Positions 11,060-22,420 of a DNA stretch of 64,000 bases are shown piece after piece. Position numbers and translations under genes: made by a program. Origin of the DNA: Klebsormidium nitens (taxonomy: Eukaryota > Plantae > Klebsormidiophyceae); the NCBI GenBank assembly GCA_000708835.1, contig DF237117.1, forward strand, positions 1-64,000. The letters run 5' to 3'. How positions within the stretch are numbered: position 1 is the stretch's first letter; the number at the start of each line of letters is the position of its first letter. The notes beneath the pieces are model-generated. The model did not search any database. It was given only the letters and a program-made list of their open reading frames with translations, and had not been told where the DNA came from.

Positions 11060-11986
11060 TTTGGAAAGGCATGGTCGGAGCTACGCAGCAGAAATTAACC
11101 CCTGATCCTGCTTTCAGCATCCACCAGCACAGAAGGCCGCCAGAATAAAGACAAGGTGAAGCTGTGAAGTTCCTGTATAGCTCTGTTTGTCAAAGGCCTG
11201 GAAAGAAACCCGAGACCCCTAAAGATTCAAAAAGTCAACAGAAGAGGCAGTTACACGATCCAAGGGCCGGGATCGAAGCAAAAAGATTGAACGAACGGGA
11301 GAGCACGGTTTCCCGCGCGGAAAAGCTTACCTCTGCATATCCTGCAACTTAGGCCAACTCGCGTGCTTGAGCTTTGTGCATCAGCATAATACAAGGTTCT
11401 CTTCCCTAATCTTCCTTCACAGAACGACTAGCAATCAGCCGAGCAGCCTTTGCAATCCGTATGGGGCCAAGCAGCTTCCTGCTTCAGCTTGTTGCTGGCA
11501 CAGATGTGCTCTGCTGCCCAAACAATGGTGGTCAAATAGCTCCTCTGATCATCGTGATCAATGCCTGCAATTGGCAGCCTTCTTTCAACTTCAGCCTCAG
11601 GGTTCAGGCCTTGCCAGGATCAGGCAGACATTATTGATTTTTTATTTTCTGTTGATTACTCTATGGCCTGCCTGGCACAGTGGGCAAAGCCTAGGTATTA
11701 CCTAATGAATATTTTGAAAGGCGAAATGGCATGCGCAACCTCGTCTACAAGGCCCCTCACACCCTGCATGTCTTAGCCAGGGCCAAACTGGCTTAGAGCA
11801 GGGACAGCCTTCTACCGGTCTGCTGACGGAAACAGGGCCCGGCACTGTACGGACTCTAAGAGCTTGGTCAAAACTCGGCACCTGATTGGTTACACGGGCT
11901 CCGATATCGTCCTACGTGGCAGTTGAAGTCAAGCCGCCGGGAAAAGCGGTGCACAGGTCCCCCACTGAGTTACACGGCTTGATTCC

Positions 11987-12002
11987 GAGTCCAAAAAATC
12001 CC
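11987..12002 (-). repeat. Right terminal inverted repeat
   Basis: GAGTCCAAAAAATCCC followed by TAAT; exact reverse complement of the left end. Confidence 0.85.
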
Positions 12003-12015
12003 TAATTAGTATATA

Positions 12016-12514
12016 NNNNNNNNNNNNNNNNNNNNNNNNNNNNNNNNNNNNNNNNNNNNNNNNNNNNNNNNNNNNNNNNNNNNNNNNNNNNNNNNNNNNN
12101 NNNNNNNNNNNNNNNNNNNNNNNNNNNNNNNNNNNNNNNNNNNNNNNNNNNNNNNNNNNNNNNNNNNNNNNNNNNNNNNNNNNNNNNNNNNNNNNNNNNN
12201 NNNNNNNNNNNNNNNNNNNNNNNNNNNNNNNNNNNNNNNNNNNNNNNNNNNNNNNNNNNNNNNNNNNNNNNNNNNNNNNNNNNNNNNNNNNNNNNNNNNN
12301 NNNNNNNNNNNNNNNNNNNNNNNNNNNNNNNNNNNNNNNNNNNNNNNNNNNNNNNNNNNNNNNNNNNNNNNNNNNNNNNNNNNNNNNNNNNNNNNNNNNN
12401 NNNNNNNNNNNNNNNNNNNNNNNNNNNNNNNNNNNNNNNNNNNNNNNNNNNNNNNNNNNNNNNNNNNNNNNNNNNNNNNNNNNNNNNNNNNNNNNNNNNN
12501 NNNNNNNNNNNNNN
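12016..12514. other. Assembly gap
   Basis: Run of N. Confidence 1.
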
Positions 12515-12515
12515 T

Positions 12516-12646
12516 GGATCATGGATGATGTGTGTATGCCGTATGAGTGACCTGGAATGACGTATCATTTTCATTTTCGCCGTTAGCCTGAGCGCCTCAG
12601 TCTGTCCACCGACATGATATCGCATCGACATAAGACCGCATGACAG
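12516..12646 (+). repeat. 131-bp direct repeat, copy 2
   Basis: Identical to 36-166; begins right after the N gap, so it may extend into the gap. Confidence 0.95.
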
Positions 12647-13322
12647 TCCGGCATTGATCGTAGTGGTGATATATACGGGGAATACGTCGAGAGGACGCGC
12701 GATCTTGGACATGATAGTATACCAGATCGACGCATACTGCGCGCGAGTTATGCGATATATCGTTTGTTAGTGCGACGGTGGCCTTAATTCAAAATTGCAC
12801 ATGCATGCGACCGTCCTCCCGGGGATATGCATCAGCCCGCGGCAGCACCGTAAGTGCGGGCGGCCGCAACCAAATTTTGGCACAATACAAGCATGCAATC
12901 ATTTAAATTCACAACATATGTACAATCCATACTACTTGGAGGTCGCATACGAGTCCAACGCGCCGACGTATTCTGCATGGCATGTTCACAGACATAGACT
13001 GGATATGTGTGTGCAATGCCATTTGCAGGCCAGCTTCAATCATTGGTGCAAACGCCGTCTTACTAGAGAAGCGACTTCCTTCCCCAAGCGAGCGCTAGCT
13101 AGAAAGTGTACCTGATTTAGGCCTACTAGTCAACGCTTGCTTATGGTGTGTTCAAAAGGCTGCCACTATTGCAGTGCATTCATGTTCTTCCTACGTAACG
13201 AGACAGCCAGCATTTTCAGCTTTTTCTTCAGCATGTCAGCGTCACTATCGCGCCTGGATTCTCACACGCCTAACCTCCATGCCCCCCCCTATTGCACAAC
13301 TAATCTACAACCTTGCAGAATG

Positions 13323-16300
13323 TCAAGCCTGCACCGCGACCTCCCCTCCTTCCTCCTCCTTTTCCCTCTTCGCCTCGGGGGCCGGAGACACAACCCTAAC
13401 ATCCACAGACTTTTGCAATTCGACCCCGCACCCCCCCGTGCGGTGAGCCGCTCCCCCCTCCTCAACGCGCGCCCGCTTGGCCGCGCTCGAAACCCCCCCG
13501 TCTTCCTGCGCCCCGTTCTGTCCCCCCTCCCTGAGATCGTTCCCGTCCGCTTGGGGCTCCGCCCCCTCGCTCGCGCCCTCCTCGTCACTGCTGTCCCCAA
13601 TCCCCCCTCCTAGAAGGCTGGAAAGGGTGGCGCCATTCCCGGGGGGAGCGCCCGAGATGCGGGGGCTTCCCGTCGAGCCTCGGATGTCTTGAAGCGATCG
13701 GAGGGCGGCCACGGTGCTGCGGTAGATGGAGTCAACGTCCTCGTCCCGTGGGAACGAGAGGGGGTCCGGCGCAACGGCCGTGCGCGGCTTGCCCGTCTCT
13801 GCAAAAGCGTGGGAGCCATCATTAGTTTCTGACTCCTCCTTCTCGAAATGTACAAATCTGGATCTGTTGACGAATTCACATCTGTTGACGATCTCACGAC
13901 TTGCTTGCTAATGTCTGAATGATCGAAGAGTTTTTTGAGAGCTCCGTGCAGCTTATGGTGCAAGCAGCGTGCGGTACATCATCCGCGATGAGACTCACGG
14001 TCTTGCAGCTCGAAAAACTCCGTCTGAGGTGGCTCGCAAGTGATCGACTGTTACGTGAGACGACTCTAAGCGCACCAGATTTCCCGTCCTCCCAATGGGG
14101 TAACAGACTCCTCCACTTTCGAATCGAGTTCTGGCAACGAAACCGTAAGCGCTGGCAGAATGTGTACTGCAGATGCAGACTTGTGCGACCTAGTGACAGC
14201 ACCGTTCCATGACGTGAAAGCTGAGAGCGTGGCCAGGTAACCACTCATCCAATGGGGTTCCAGCGGGCAGTCTCAAAACTACGGGAGAGCTTGTCCCAAG
14301 TCATAGATGCGAGAGCAAGCTGTGCTGGGTCGGCAAATGAGGAGAACGAAGTTTGGGGTGACCCTGTTTTCTTGGTAGAGCATCAAGAGAACAGGGCATC
14401 ACCCGAAGAAGCGTCAGAATAGCGTCCAGAAGAAGTGTTCGTATGCGAAGCAGAGGCAGCGTCCGGAAGCGGCCAAAGGCAGCGGACGCCCGAAAACGGC
14501 TCACCTTTGGCAGGGGCGAAGACGAACTGCAGCTTCTCCTCGCAGTCGCGCACGAGCTTGGAGAGGAGCTCCGTGGTGTAAAACGGCTGCAGCAAAGGGG
14601 ACAACAGGGTCAGAGGTCTAAGCCGTTTGACCAAATAGCAATGAAAAGAGCACTTTAATAGGGCGCATCTGTATCGGACGAGCTTGGAGAGAGCTCTGAG
14701 GTGTAAGCCGGCTGCAGCAGACAAGGCGACACGATCAGGAGTCTCAGCCGACTAGCAGTAAAGCATTTCGTGGTGCTCTTTGTTGAGGCGCTCTCTCAGA
14801 TTCCTCTTCAATCTCAACTATACTAGCTTGGGATATCTATTCTTCCAACATGAAAAGAGCCTTAAGGTCTAAAATGGTTCCAGTGGACTAGACGACACAA
14901 TCAGAGGTGTAAGGCAACTGTGGTGCCAGCTACTTCTGCTTTACAACTCTCCCTTCAGAATAGTAACGTCGACCTTTTCCGTTTGTATGTTACTTCAGTG
15001 AAATTAGCGTCACTTCCTGCAAAACAGAGGAGCGCAGCGCGCACCTGTCGAAGGACGTTGTTGATGTAGGGCATCCGCAGGAGCATGCCGGTGCGCTTGT
15101 CGTGCTTCTTGAGAATTTTGACCAGGCCCGTGTAGTTGAGCGAGCTGTAATTCTCCAACAGCACCTGCGCATATCAAGAAGGAAAATTTGAGTATTATGA
15201 CCCATCTTTCCACTATTTGCTTCCAGTAGACAACTTTCGACTCCACAAGTGACCTGCAAACCCAAAGCGCAAGCAGGGAGAAGAGGAGACATGGTGATCA
15301 AATCTTCCGCGGGGATGATGCTGGATCATGACTTTTGGATTATGAGCACCTACAATCTACAAGCAGCACCAGCTAGTAACACCAGCTTTAGAATTTCCTG
15401 TCCCCAACCTTTCTACGCATTTCGTGTCTTCTCGAAAGTACAAGAAGCAGATGCACGAGCACTTGCCAAACAAACAACAAATGACCAGCACTGACCACAC
15501 GCAAACAGGAGCGCACTCGACAGAGTAAGTTGACACTCCGACGCAAATAAAAGAGACAGCTCACCATCTCGCCATGGAACGCCACGATGGCTTTGCGGAT
15601 TGCGTTTACGTCAGAGGCACACGCGGGGCACGTACTGAGATCCTCTCTGTTGCACGTCATGCGCTGCGCAAGAAGAGACCAAAGGTTGAGAGAAAAACTG
15701 AGAAGTCGCCGGCCATCACTACCGCACCAATTGTCCGGCTGGGCAGATTGCTGCCCAATATACGCTTTCGTAAGCTCTAGAATTTGGGCAGCTTCATTCA
15801 CCTATTTATTTTGTTCTTTCACGGGGCAGAATGATCTGCAAAAAGATGGGTATAGGATGATCTGCAAATATGGGTATAGGATTCATTCTGCATTCAGAGA
15901 TTTGGGCAAGTCAACGATTAAATAACTGATGCCCAGACGGCCACTTGGTATGGTACGTTTGCTGTAAAGCCTTGTTGACAACGCTGTGCAACCAAGATTA
16001 TCTCAGTACCAAAATCTCAAAGACCCAGTTTTGAATGTGTGTGCCGAGCAGCTCCAATCGCTATTGCAAAGCAACAGACCATGGAACAGATTAGCCTGGG
16101 CTTAGTTATACAAGACGGGGCTCGCTTATGGGTCCATTACTCTCACTGCCCAACATAGAGCGCGACTCTGAACCTGGATCTCGAACCGAAATTGCCAACA
16201 ATTGCCCTCACGGATTGGCTACCAGTAACTACGCCTGGGAACTTGGGCCCAAACCCTAACTCCAGACCTTGACCACCCACCAAGGCTGCATAAGGTCACA

Positions 16301-19300
16301 GTTTAATAAAAATAGAACCAAAACCCGGAGAGCCAAAACCTCGACCCTATTCTGACCCCTAGGCATTACGAAAACCAAAGTGCCAGTCACAAGCCATCGA
16401 ACCGCAACCCCAATGCTCACCAGCTTCTCGACGCGCTCCTTGAGATCCGACAGGCGGATGACAAACTCCTCTTCCTTCTCGATGAAGAAGTTGTTGAACT
16501 TCTCTAGTTCCACATTGAGCAACCGGATGAACTCCTCTTCCTCGGGCGTGAGGTGTCCCTGCTCCGAGCAAGTCGCACGTGTCAAGAGCGACAAACCACG
16601 CCGAGACATCAATGCTGGATTTCCGGCACAAGAGTATTCTTGTAGGCATAACCAGAAGACTTGAATGGATTGAACCTGGCTAGACCGTTGTGGTCAAGTC
16701 CCTCGCTTGACGGCTTAACATCTTGGCAGTTGTCTTCTGTGCTTGATACTAATGACAGGTGGCAATTGCGGGCCTTGCAAAAGCTCTAGTGAGATGTCTG
16801 TGCTTAGGCAGTTCACCTGCTCCAGGCGTTCTGCTTCCTCGGCTGTTATGCCCGGGGGGTGCGCCAGGTCGTGGCTGCTCGCACGCAGCTGCCGCTCAAT
16901 GGTCTCCACAACATGGTCTGCAGGAGGGAAAAAAGACAAGTTTAGGAAAGACAGCTAGAAAAGCATGCAACAGAGAGGTCTGGAGGGGACAGGAGAAACA
17001 GGAGTGAGAAAAAGAACCTGCAATACCGTGTCAAGTGTAAGGATGCTGCGGCGAAGGGAAACATAAGACATGGTCACCAGGAATTGGGCCCCAGTTGGCA
17101 GGGACCAAGAGAAAGACCATTCAGCAAGAAAGTTGGTGAGTCTGCTAATGTAGGGGCAATTGCAGGGACAAGGACTCAAGTTCGCAAGCAGGGAAGAGGT
17201 AAGACAAAGAGCTGGTGTGCCTGTGAGAAAGAGGAGTCTTAAACAGAAAGGTGGCACATTCCAAATGCTCCTTGCAGGGAGGAAGCAAGGGGATGCGAGT
17301 GCTCTTTGCAGCCATGAAGGAGGTAAAGGGTTTGATTAGCAGAGGAGAGCAGCGCAAGCTGGTTAGCAGATGGGAAAGAGAAGGATACTTCGTGGTGGTG
17401 GGAACAAAGTGGTCTTGAGAAGACACTTTTAAAACATATGCTCCAGAGCTGGCATGATTTACGCTTTGGCGGGGAGATTATGCTTCATCGGATTTCAATC
17501 GAACTCAGAGCGGCTCAAATTTTGGGCTGGCACCTCTAGCTGAATAACTTGGAGAAAGACTTGCTGACATCGAAGGACGAAACATGCTTTTAAGGAGAGC
17601 AGCATAAAAGTGGGCGGAAGAGCAGCTGCGGGAGCAGAACTGTGCAAGGGAGTGGCTCGACACAGACTTCAGACTCGACCTTCCTCTCATGATCATGCAC
17701 CTTGATGCAGTTGGTGCGAAACAAGAGTATTGGTATACATAAGGGACCGTTTGTTTGAAGCGAAGACTGGTTGCGAACAGTTTCTGAGCTTGTGGAGGAC
17801 CTGGCAAGAACCCTGAAATCCACCACAGGTGTCCTTCGCAATTCAATGAAAGAGAACGGGAAAAGAAGTAGAGAAACTCTTTCCGGCTCAAATAGAGAAG
17901 CTTTCTCAAACGCCTGGAACACATCAGAGATTTGCGGCCTGGCCCAGGCACCGACTGTCTACGTCACTTCTTGGAAAGAATAACGCGCTAACAGAATACG
18001 GCAATGCCAGCACTTTCAACGGACTCACGAGCGTAAGGCCACAAAATCCACAATAAGCAGAGGGCATAATGCTTTGTCTGGAGCAGAAGGCTGGGGCAAG
18101 ACAACTCTGAAAGGTCAACACATTGGAGTAAGGTCTTATTATGCATGTTGCGCAAGCAATCTTGGAAATGGCCCTATTTTTGTCCTGCATAACGAGCTTC
18201 AGGGCTCCCTTGACAGTCTTTAGAACCACACACAGCTGGCAAACCAATGCATACCACGTGAATGCCACATGATGACTGGGCAAATTAGCGGCTATAAGTC
18301 TTGGAAGGGTAAAGCAGCAATCGCAAAATTCACTCCAACTCGCAGTGCATCAGAAGTGCCCTCTGAGACTCGCAGTATCTGTCGAACAGGAGTGATGGAG
18401 AAACTCGATTGAAAGCGCCTACAGAGAGTAAGCTCTTTCAAGGTCATCAAAGCCGTGTGAAAAGTTGCAGAAAGGGTTTCGACAAGGGCCCAGATATGCA
18501 AACCAATGTTGATGCAAAGAATGAAGAGAAGCAACTTCTGGAATGTGGTTTGATTCATCTCTAGAGAAGTTGCAAAAAGAAGAGTTCAAAGAGATCCAAC
18601 ATTGGCGCCTCCCTAAATTTGGACGAATGATTGAAGGGTGCAATACGATGCAGATTCCCAGGCCATTTGCAAAACGATTATGCGCGAAACAGGCTTGTAT
18701 GCGGAGAAAAAGACTGGCGCCACAACGACTGCAACAGGGGGCACTCCCAGTCCTACAGCAATGATGCGTAAATGCCGTGCAACTGGCTGCAAAGACGAGT
18801 TCATTCTCGTCAAGAAAAAAAACACGCTTAAATGCCGGGGGGAGTGGCTGATACAAGTATTGTCCAAAGCAGAAAGCTGCTAATACAAGTATTGTCTATA
18901 GTACAACCTCTTGATAAACCTAGATGCAGGCAAGCCACCTGGTAGGGCAATAACAACCCAAAATGTCTGCGAGCTGGAGGGACATGTTGACAGACGTTTG
19001 CTAAACAGAACCTTGCCCCCAAGAGAACAAGGCGACTGTAGCCCTACAACTGTTGAGATGGGTAACGGGAGAGTTCCAGCTCTAGTAACGAAAGGTCTTA
19101 GTTCCAATGCTTCCATTCTATTCACATGGGGCAGTAAGGCTTATCAAGAGCATCGGGAAAGCTGCTCGAGGTTTGTTTGAAGACATCACTAACAAACCAG
19201 CTCAACGAGACAGAAGCTTAACAATTTTGTCGCATACCTGCTTCAGTTGGTGCGGCAGCAGCCGGCTCCCGGTGGTATGCAGCCCTTGTGAAACACTCAG

Positions 19301-19412
19301 GAGCAGCGATGCTCTTCAATCGCTTTTTCAGGTCCTTGTAATTTAAAAACTTGTCCTGCCAGTCAGGAAGGGTATCTTCTATTTGTGTCCGCAGCCTCTT
19401 ACCGAACTTCAT
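13323..19412 (-). CDS. SPX: Stand-alone SPX-domain protein (phosphate/InsP sensor), 7 exons, ~396 aa
   Basis: Exons 19412-19238, 16917-16817, 16558-16421, 15663-15565, 15164-15045, 14586-14505, 13798-13323 (1191 nt, in frame). Motifs: MKFGKRL...[93 protein letters not shown]. Confidence 0.93.
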
Positions 19413-20111
19413 CGTGCTAGTTGCTGTGCCCCTTTTACCTCGAGCCCTATGACCTCTCAGATGCGCGCGTGATGACGTCTAGCCCTCTGGTTTGAATACT
19501 CTTATATACACTACTGGGCAAAAACGGGTCTTCTAATACTTCCCCAAAGCTCAACTCTCTGATGCTTTGACAATTCAGGAAAGCATGCACGCGGCTTCTC
19601 AGGTTCCCCCGTGCTGCCTGGGTTGCAAACAACAAAAGAAGCTCGACTAGATAAGTCCTCAACTACTCTCGAGGAGAGCCGAGCAGCAGGCTAACCCTAC
19701 CCTGCGTATTGCAACTGTATGCCTATGGGCCTTTTGCTTCTGAAGACAAAATTGTGTGTCAAAAACCAAGCCAACCCATACAAGCTTATGCAATCATTGC
19801 TAAGAAATGCTTCTTCTCAAACACTCATTCGTACATGCATCAAAATTTCTCCCAGGATGCCGTATTCCCCTCACTTTCAATCCTAGAACGCTAGCTAGCC
19901 TTTCTGCATCATCAAGTTCCTTCTGCATGAAGAATCTCCGGCGGAGAGTTCCAAAGCCCCGATATTTGCCCTGGAAAAGATCCAAAGGGATCGCAAGTTC
20001 CTTCTCCTGGCCAGATTCCTGAATCCTGAATCAGGGGATTCAGCTCTCTCAACTCTCAGACTCTAGTCCTTCTTCTGCAGGCTGCCCAGAGATGGCACTG
20101 CTTTCTTGTAG

Positions 20112-21571
20112 GTACAGTACCTGCACTGTCAAAAGCGCCTCTGACACGAGCCCACAAAAGCTCACTGTGGAATGCAAGTTGCAACCCGTGTGGTGGTGTG
20201 ACGCTGTGCAGTGTGCGCGGTACAGACGAGTTAGATGGAATCCCGGGAAGCAGGAGGGAATCTGGGGACGACAGCGAACCTCCGGTACCCAGCTGCGTAC
20301 ACACAGCGGTACCGTACCGAGTTGACCGAGTACAGATATAGGTACCCCTGGATCGCTTTGCTTCATTGGCAGTCGGTACACAATCTTCCGATAGTGCACG
20401 GTCCATCCAATTCGTAGCGACAAGAAGCAATCGAACCAAAGCTGATGAAGAAGGGGCCTTGTCGCTGATTCACGGAATATGAAGGCATGGTTTGCCGGGC
20501 AGTTGGACGCCCGGTAGGGGATGTCACCATGTGCCAACCTGGTCTTGTCGAATTCTACATTCTGGTATGGACCTGACACATGATCCGGTACCAAATGACG
20601 TCAACTATGGGGGCCGTTTTCCAAGATGCTGCCAGGTGGCCTGACGCGACAAAGCGAGCTTACAGGTCAACCGTTACATGCCGTAAGACTTGGAAATTGG
20701 GTGGACCTTGTTTTTGTAGCAGGCACGTTAGTCGGGAAGCCGTTAACCCATTATAACTGACTCCTTAAGAGACCGTAACCTAGAAAGATTCCGGCGCCTC
20801 TTTTCATGCCGGGCTATGATTGCGTACGATCGTACCGCTTGTGAGTACCGAACGACTGGGTACGGTAGGTACATGAAAACTTGGTACCAGGGTTGCGGGT
20901 CCCGGGACCGATGCGGGTGTCATCACTAACAGTTTTGAACCGTACCCAGAGCTGAGAGTACCCAGACGGTAGGTACCTACAAGGTTCCGTTGTGCAGATT
21001 GGAATCAAGACTCCGGCAACTCCTAGCGACGTGTGACTTAAGATAGGCGCCCGGGAGACGGGTGGGTTAGGTAAGGTGATTAGGTTGAGCTGGGGTGCGG
21101 AGCGATTGATTATTTCGGTTGAAAATTTTAGTTTGTGTGCCCGGGTAAATCAAATGTTACGAGGTCACACGGCCGTTGAGTTGCCATACTGCTGAATGAC
21201 GGCTACCGGTACCTAGCTACGGTAGTAACGGTACGGTACCTACAGGCCAGTTATTTTGCACTACCGGTGCCGTATTAGGCTGAGTACCGGTACCTGTTAG
21301 ACGGTACCGTGCCTACGGCGTACCGTAGGTACGTCAGGAACCTGATATTAGGTTAGGTTAGGTTTCGCCACGAACACTTAAGTCACTGCACAGGGTTGAA
21401 CAGGCTTGAAGGCTAGCACTGTAGCAGCCGGGCCGGCTGCAGGGCCTAGGAATCCTAAATCTGTCGATTCAATCGGTAGACGGTGCAAAATGCCACTCTA
21501 AACCAGTGCTTGTGGAAGACAACCTGTGTGACAATTCTACTCGAAAGAACATAGGTACCGTACACACGGTA
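20112..21571. promoter_or_regulatory. Dense GTAC-core cluster upstream of SPX (candidate SBP/SPL sites or repeat relic)
   Basis: About 30 GTAC tetramers counted by eye in ~1.46 kb (about 6 expected at uniform composition), in sub-clusters at 20220-20380, 20820-20976, 21209-21332 and 21555-21571. Function is inferred. Confidence 0.4.
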
Positions 21572-22420
21572 CCTGCGCCGGCAAAGGCAGCATGGGCTGT
21601 GCAGTGTGCAATGTGCATGCAGGCTGCCAAGCATGCTGCGTCACGCACCAGCCAGCTGCGCACGCACCCCAACTCGGACATCCGCTAGGAACTTGGAAGT
21701 TCCGAACTTCCGAAGACCCAACACTGGCAACAGCGAGTGGATCCTGGATTCTGGTAGGCTGTGGTCTTGCCATTCATGCCACTCGTGGAGTCGTGGTGGA
21801 ACGTTGAAAGTTGAAGCATTGGGCCCTGTCTCGCGGCAGGGATGTAGATTGAAAGCATGGGCCCTGACAATGCTTCTCGCAAAGTTATGGTACCATCCGC
21901 GTTAGTGGCAATGCAGGGTGTTCACAAGCGGAGAGAGTTGACGAAGGGCTTGGTGAAACTTTACGCGCCTCCATGAATCCAATTGAACAACTAGCGAAAT
22001 GTTTACGCAGTGGGGTAACTGTCTGACTCAGAGGAGGTGGTATTGTCTGGCCTTAACAAGTGTAGTCTGTAGATAGCGTGTAACTTGACTTTGTAACTAC
22101 AGCCCAAATTGGTGGCGACCTGGATACGAGGTCTGATCATTTTCTGGTGGTGGCAAAGCAGCGGAGCTGCGCCAAATTGAGGCGATGGCTCAGATTGAGG
22201 CAAAAAAAGTCAAATAGGCGCTTCTAGTCACATTTCCTATTCCACCTGGGACCTTCAGAACTAGAGTCAGAAATGGACTGCATTTCTGAAAGCAGCTGTC
22301 TTAGACCAATTAAAGAGCGCTAAGCGCAGCGCAGACGTCCTAGCTTGCTAACTGGAGTGCAGCTCACTGACGACCAAAATACTGATTCAAAATCCAGCAG
22401 GGAACAAGCGTGGGTTCAGA

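Larger units (their letters stand above)
267..12002 (-). mobile_element. ~11.7-kb two-gene cut-and-paste DNA transposon with a RAG1/Transib-like transposase and non-CAC termini
   Basis: Perfect inverted repeats GGGATTTTTTGGACTC (267-282) and GAGTCCAAAAAATCCC (11987-12002), each flanked by TA (265-266, 12003-12004). They enclose a spliced DDE transposase gene (minus strand) and a second spliced gene (plus strand). Confidence 0.85.

Noticed and set aside
11929-12712. Long ORFs across the first gap (likewise 52214-53974 and its neighbours across the second)
   Set aside because: Artefacts of N runs having no stop codons.
19413-20600. P1BS (GNATATNC) PHR-binding site expected in an SPX promoter
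   Set aside because: Only near-misses found by eye (for example GAATATGA at ~20475). It is not supported, although a scan could find one that I missed.
21060-21363. TTAGG repeats as interstitial telomere
   Set aside because: Only about three consecutive units; too short.
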